Source of the DNA: Octopus bimaculoides
Lineage: Eukaryota
Length of the DNA stretch: 64,000 nt
Assembly: GCF_001194135.2 (NCBI RefSeq)
Contig: NC_068984.1
Location: 70,141,333 to 70,205,332 of the forward strand
Reading direction: 5' to 3'
Shown: in pieces, positions 63,495 through 64,000 of the stretch
Numbering within the stretch: position 1 is the first letter of the stretch
Layout of the letters: the number at the start of each line of letters is the position of its first letter
Translations under genes and position numbers: made by a program
Notes under the pieces: model-generated
Told to the model about the DNA's origin: nothing
What the model saw: the letters and a program-made list of their open reading frames with translations, nothing else
The model's database searches: none

Positions 63495-63797
63495 CCACTT
63501 AAGTGTGGCTGACCCCTAGGGGTGGATGTTACTGTTGCTTTTAGCCCCAGGAGGACATCTCCTCCAGCTGGCTTATCGACACACGACTGTGTCCTGTTTG
63601 CCAAGGGAGTTATCCCTCTCACCACGACCAGCAGCACGAACGTATCCGGATTTCNNNNNNNNNNNNNNNNNNNNNNNNNNNNNNNNNNNNNNNNNNNNNN
63701 NNNNNNNNNNNNNNNNNNNNNNNNNNNNNNNNNNNNNNNNNNNNNNNNNNNNNNNNNNNNNNNNNNNNNNNNNNNNNNNNNNNNNCAGCCACTTTAA
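63495..63797. mobile_element. MITE-like element spanning a gap, related to 57308-57590
   Basis: Left aagtgtggctg...gttactgttgcttttagccccagg; right end cagccactt is inverted to the left end. Confidence 0.6.
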
Positions 63798-64000
63798 ACT
63801 ATTGTAAATTTCTACTAATTGCCAACTTATAAGTGGATGTTTCGCATTGCATTTTTTACAGATGAAACATTGGCCCTGTTGGAATCATTTTCATAGCTAA
63901 TCAATATATTTTGTAGTAGGGGTTCTGATTGAGAGGGGAAGATGTGAGACAACCAACAAAAATTGCCACGCAAAAGTTTTCCACCACTTCACATAAACCA

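Overview
AT-rich, CpG-poor, microsatellite-dense eukaryotic DNA with many N gaps. The repeat repertoire (tRNA-derived SINEs resembling octopus OK/OR1/OR2, an abundant RTE-group LINE ending in (GAT)n) indicates an octopod cephalopod draft genome; this is inference from recognised families. No intact host gene was recognised, so the window looks intronic or intergenic, and most listed ORFs are microsatellite or N-run artefacts. Supportable content: many decayed retroelements (RTE group, R4/Dong-like RLE LINEs, CR1/L2-group LINEs, several SINE families, some with clear TSDs) and DNA transposons (a Chapaev3-type element with intact ends and TAA TSD, a maT/Tc1-mariner relic, a mariner-type MITE, a Helentron-type HINE, other MITEs). 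The most interesting signals are: (i) several different minimal type I hammerhead-ribozyme-like motifs of the Penelope/retrozyme kind, some in large inverted duplications; (ii) a CR1/L2-group LINE 3' end sharing its tail, with a sequence-divergent but still pairing hairpin, with the OK-like SINEs; (iii) the Chapaev3 element; (iv) SINE head/tail shuffling; (v) a CpG-retaining island near 25.7-26.8 kb that could be a promoter. Coordinates of decayed elements are approximate and everything was read by eye.
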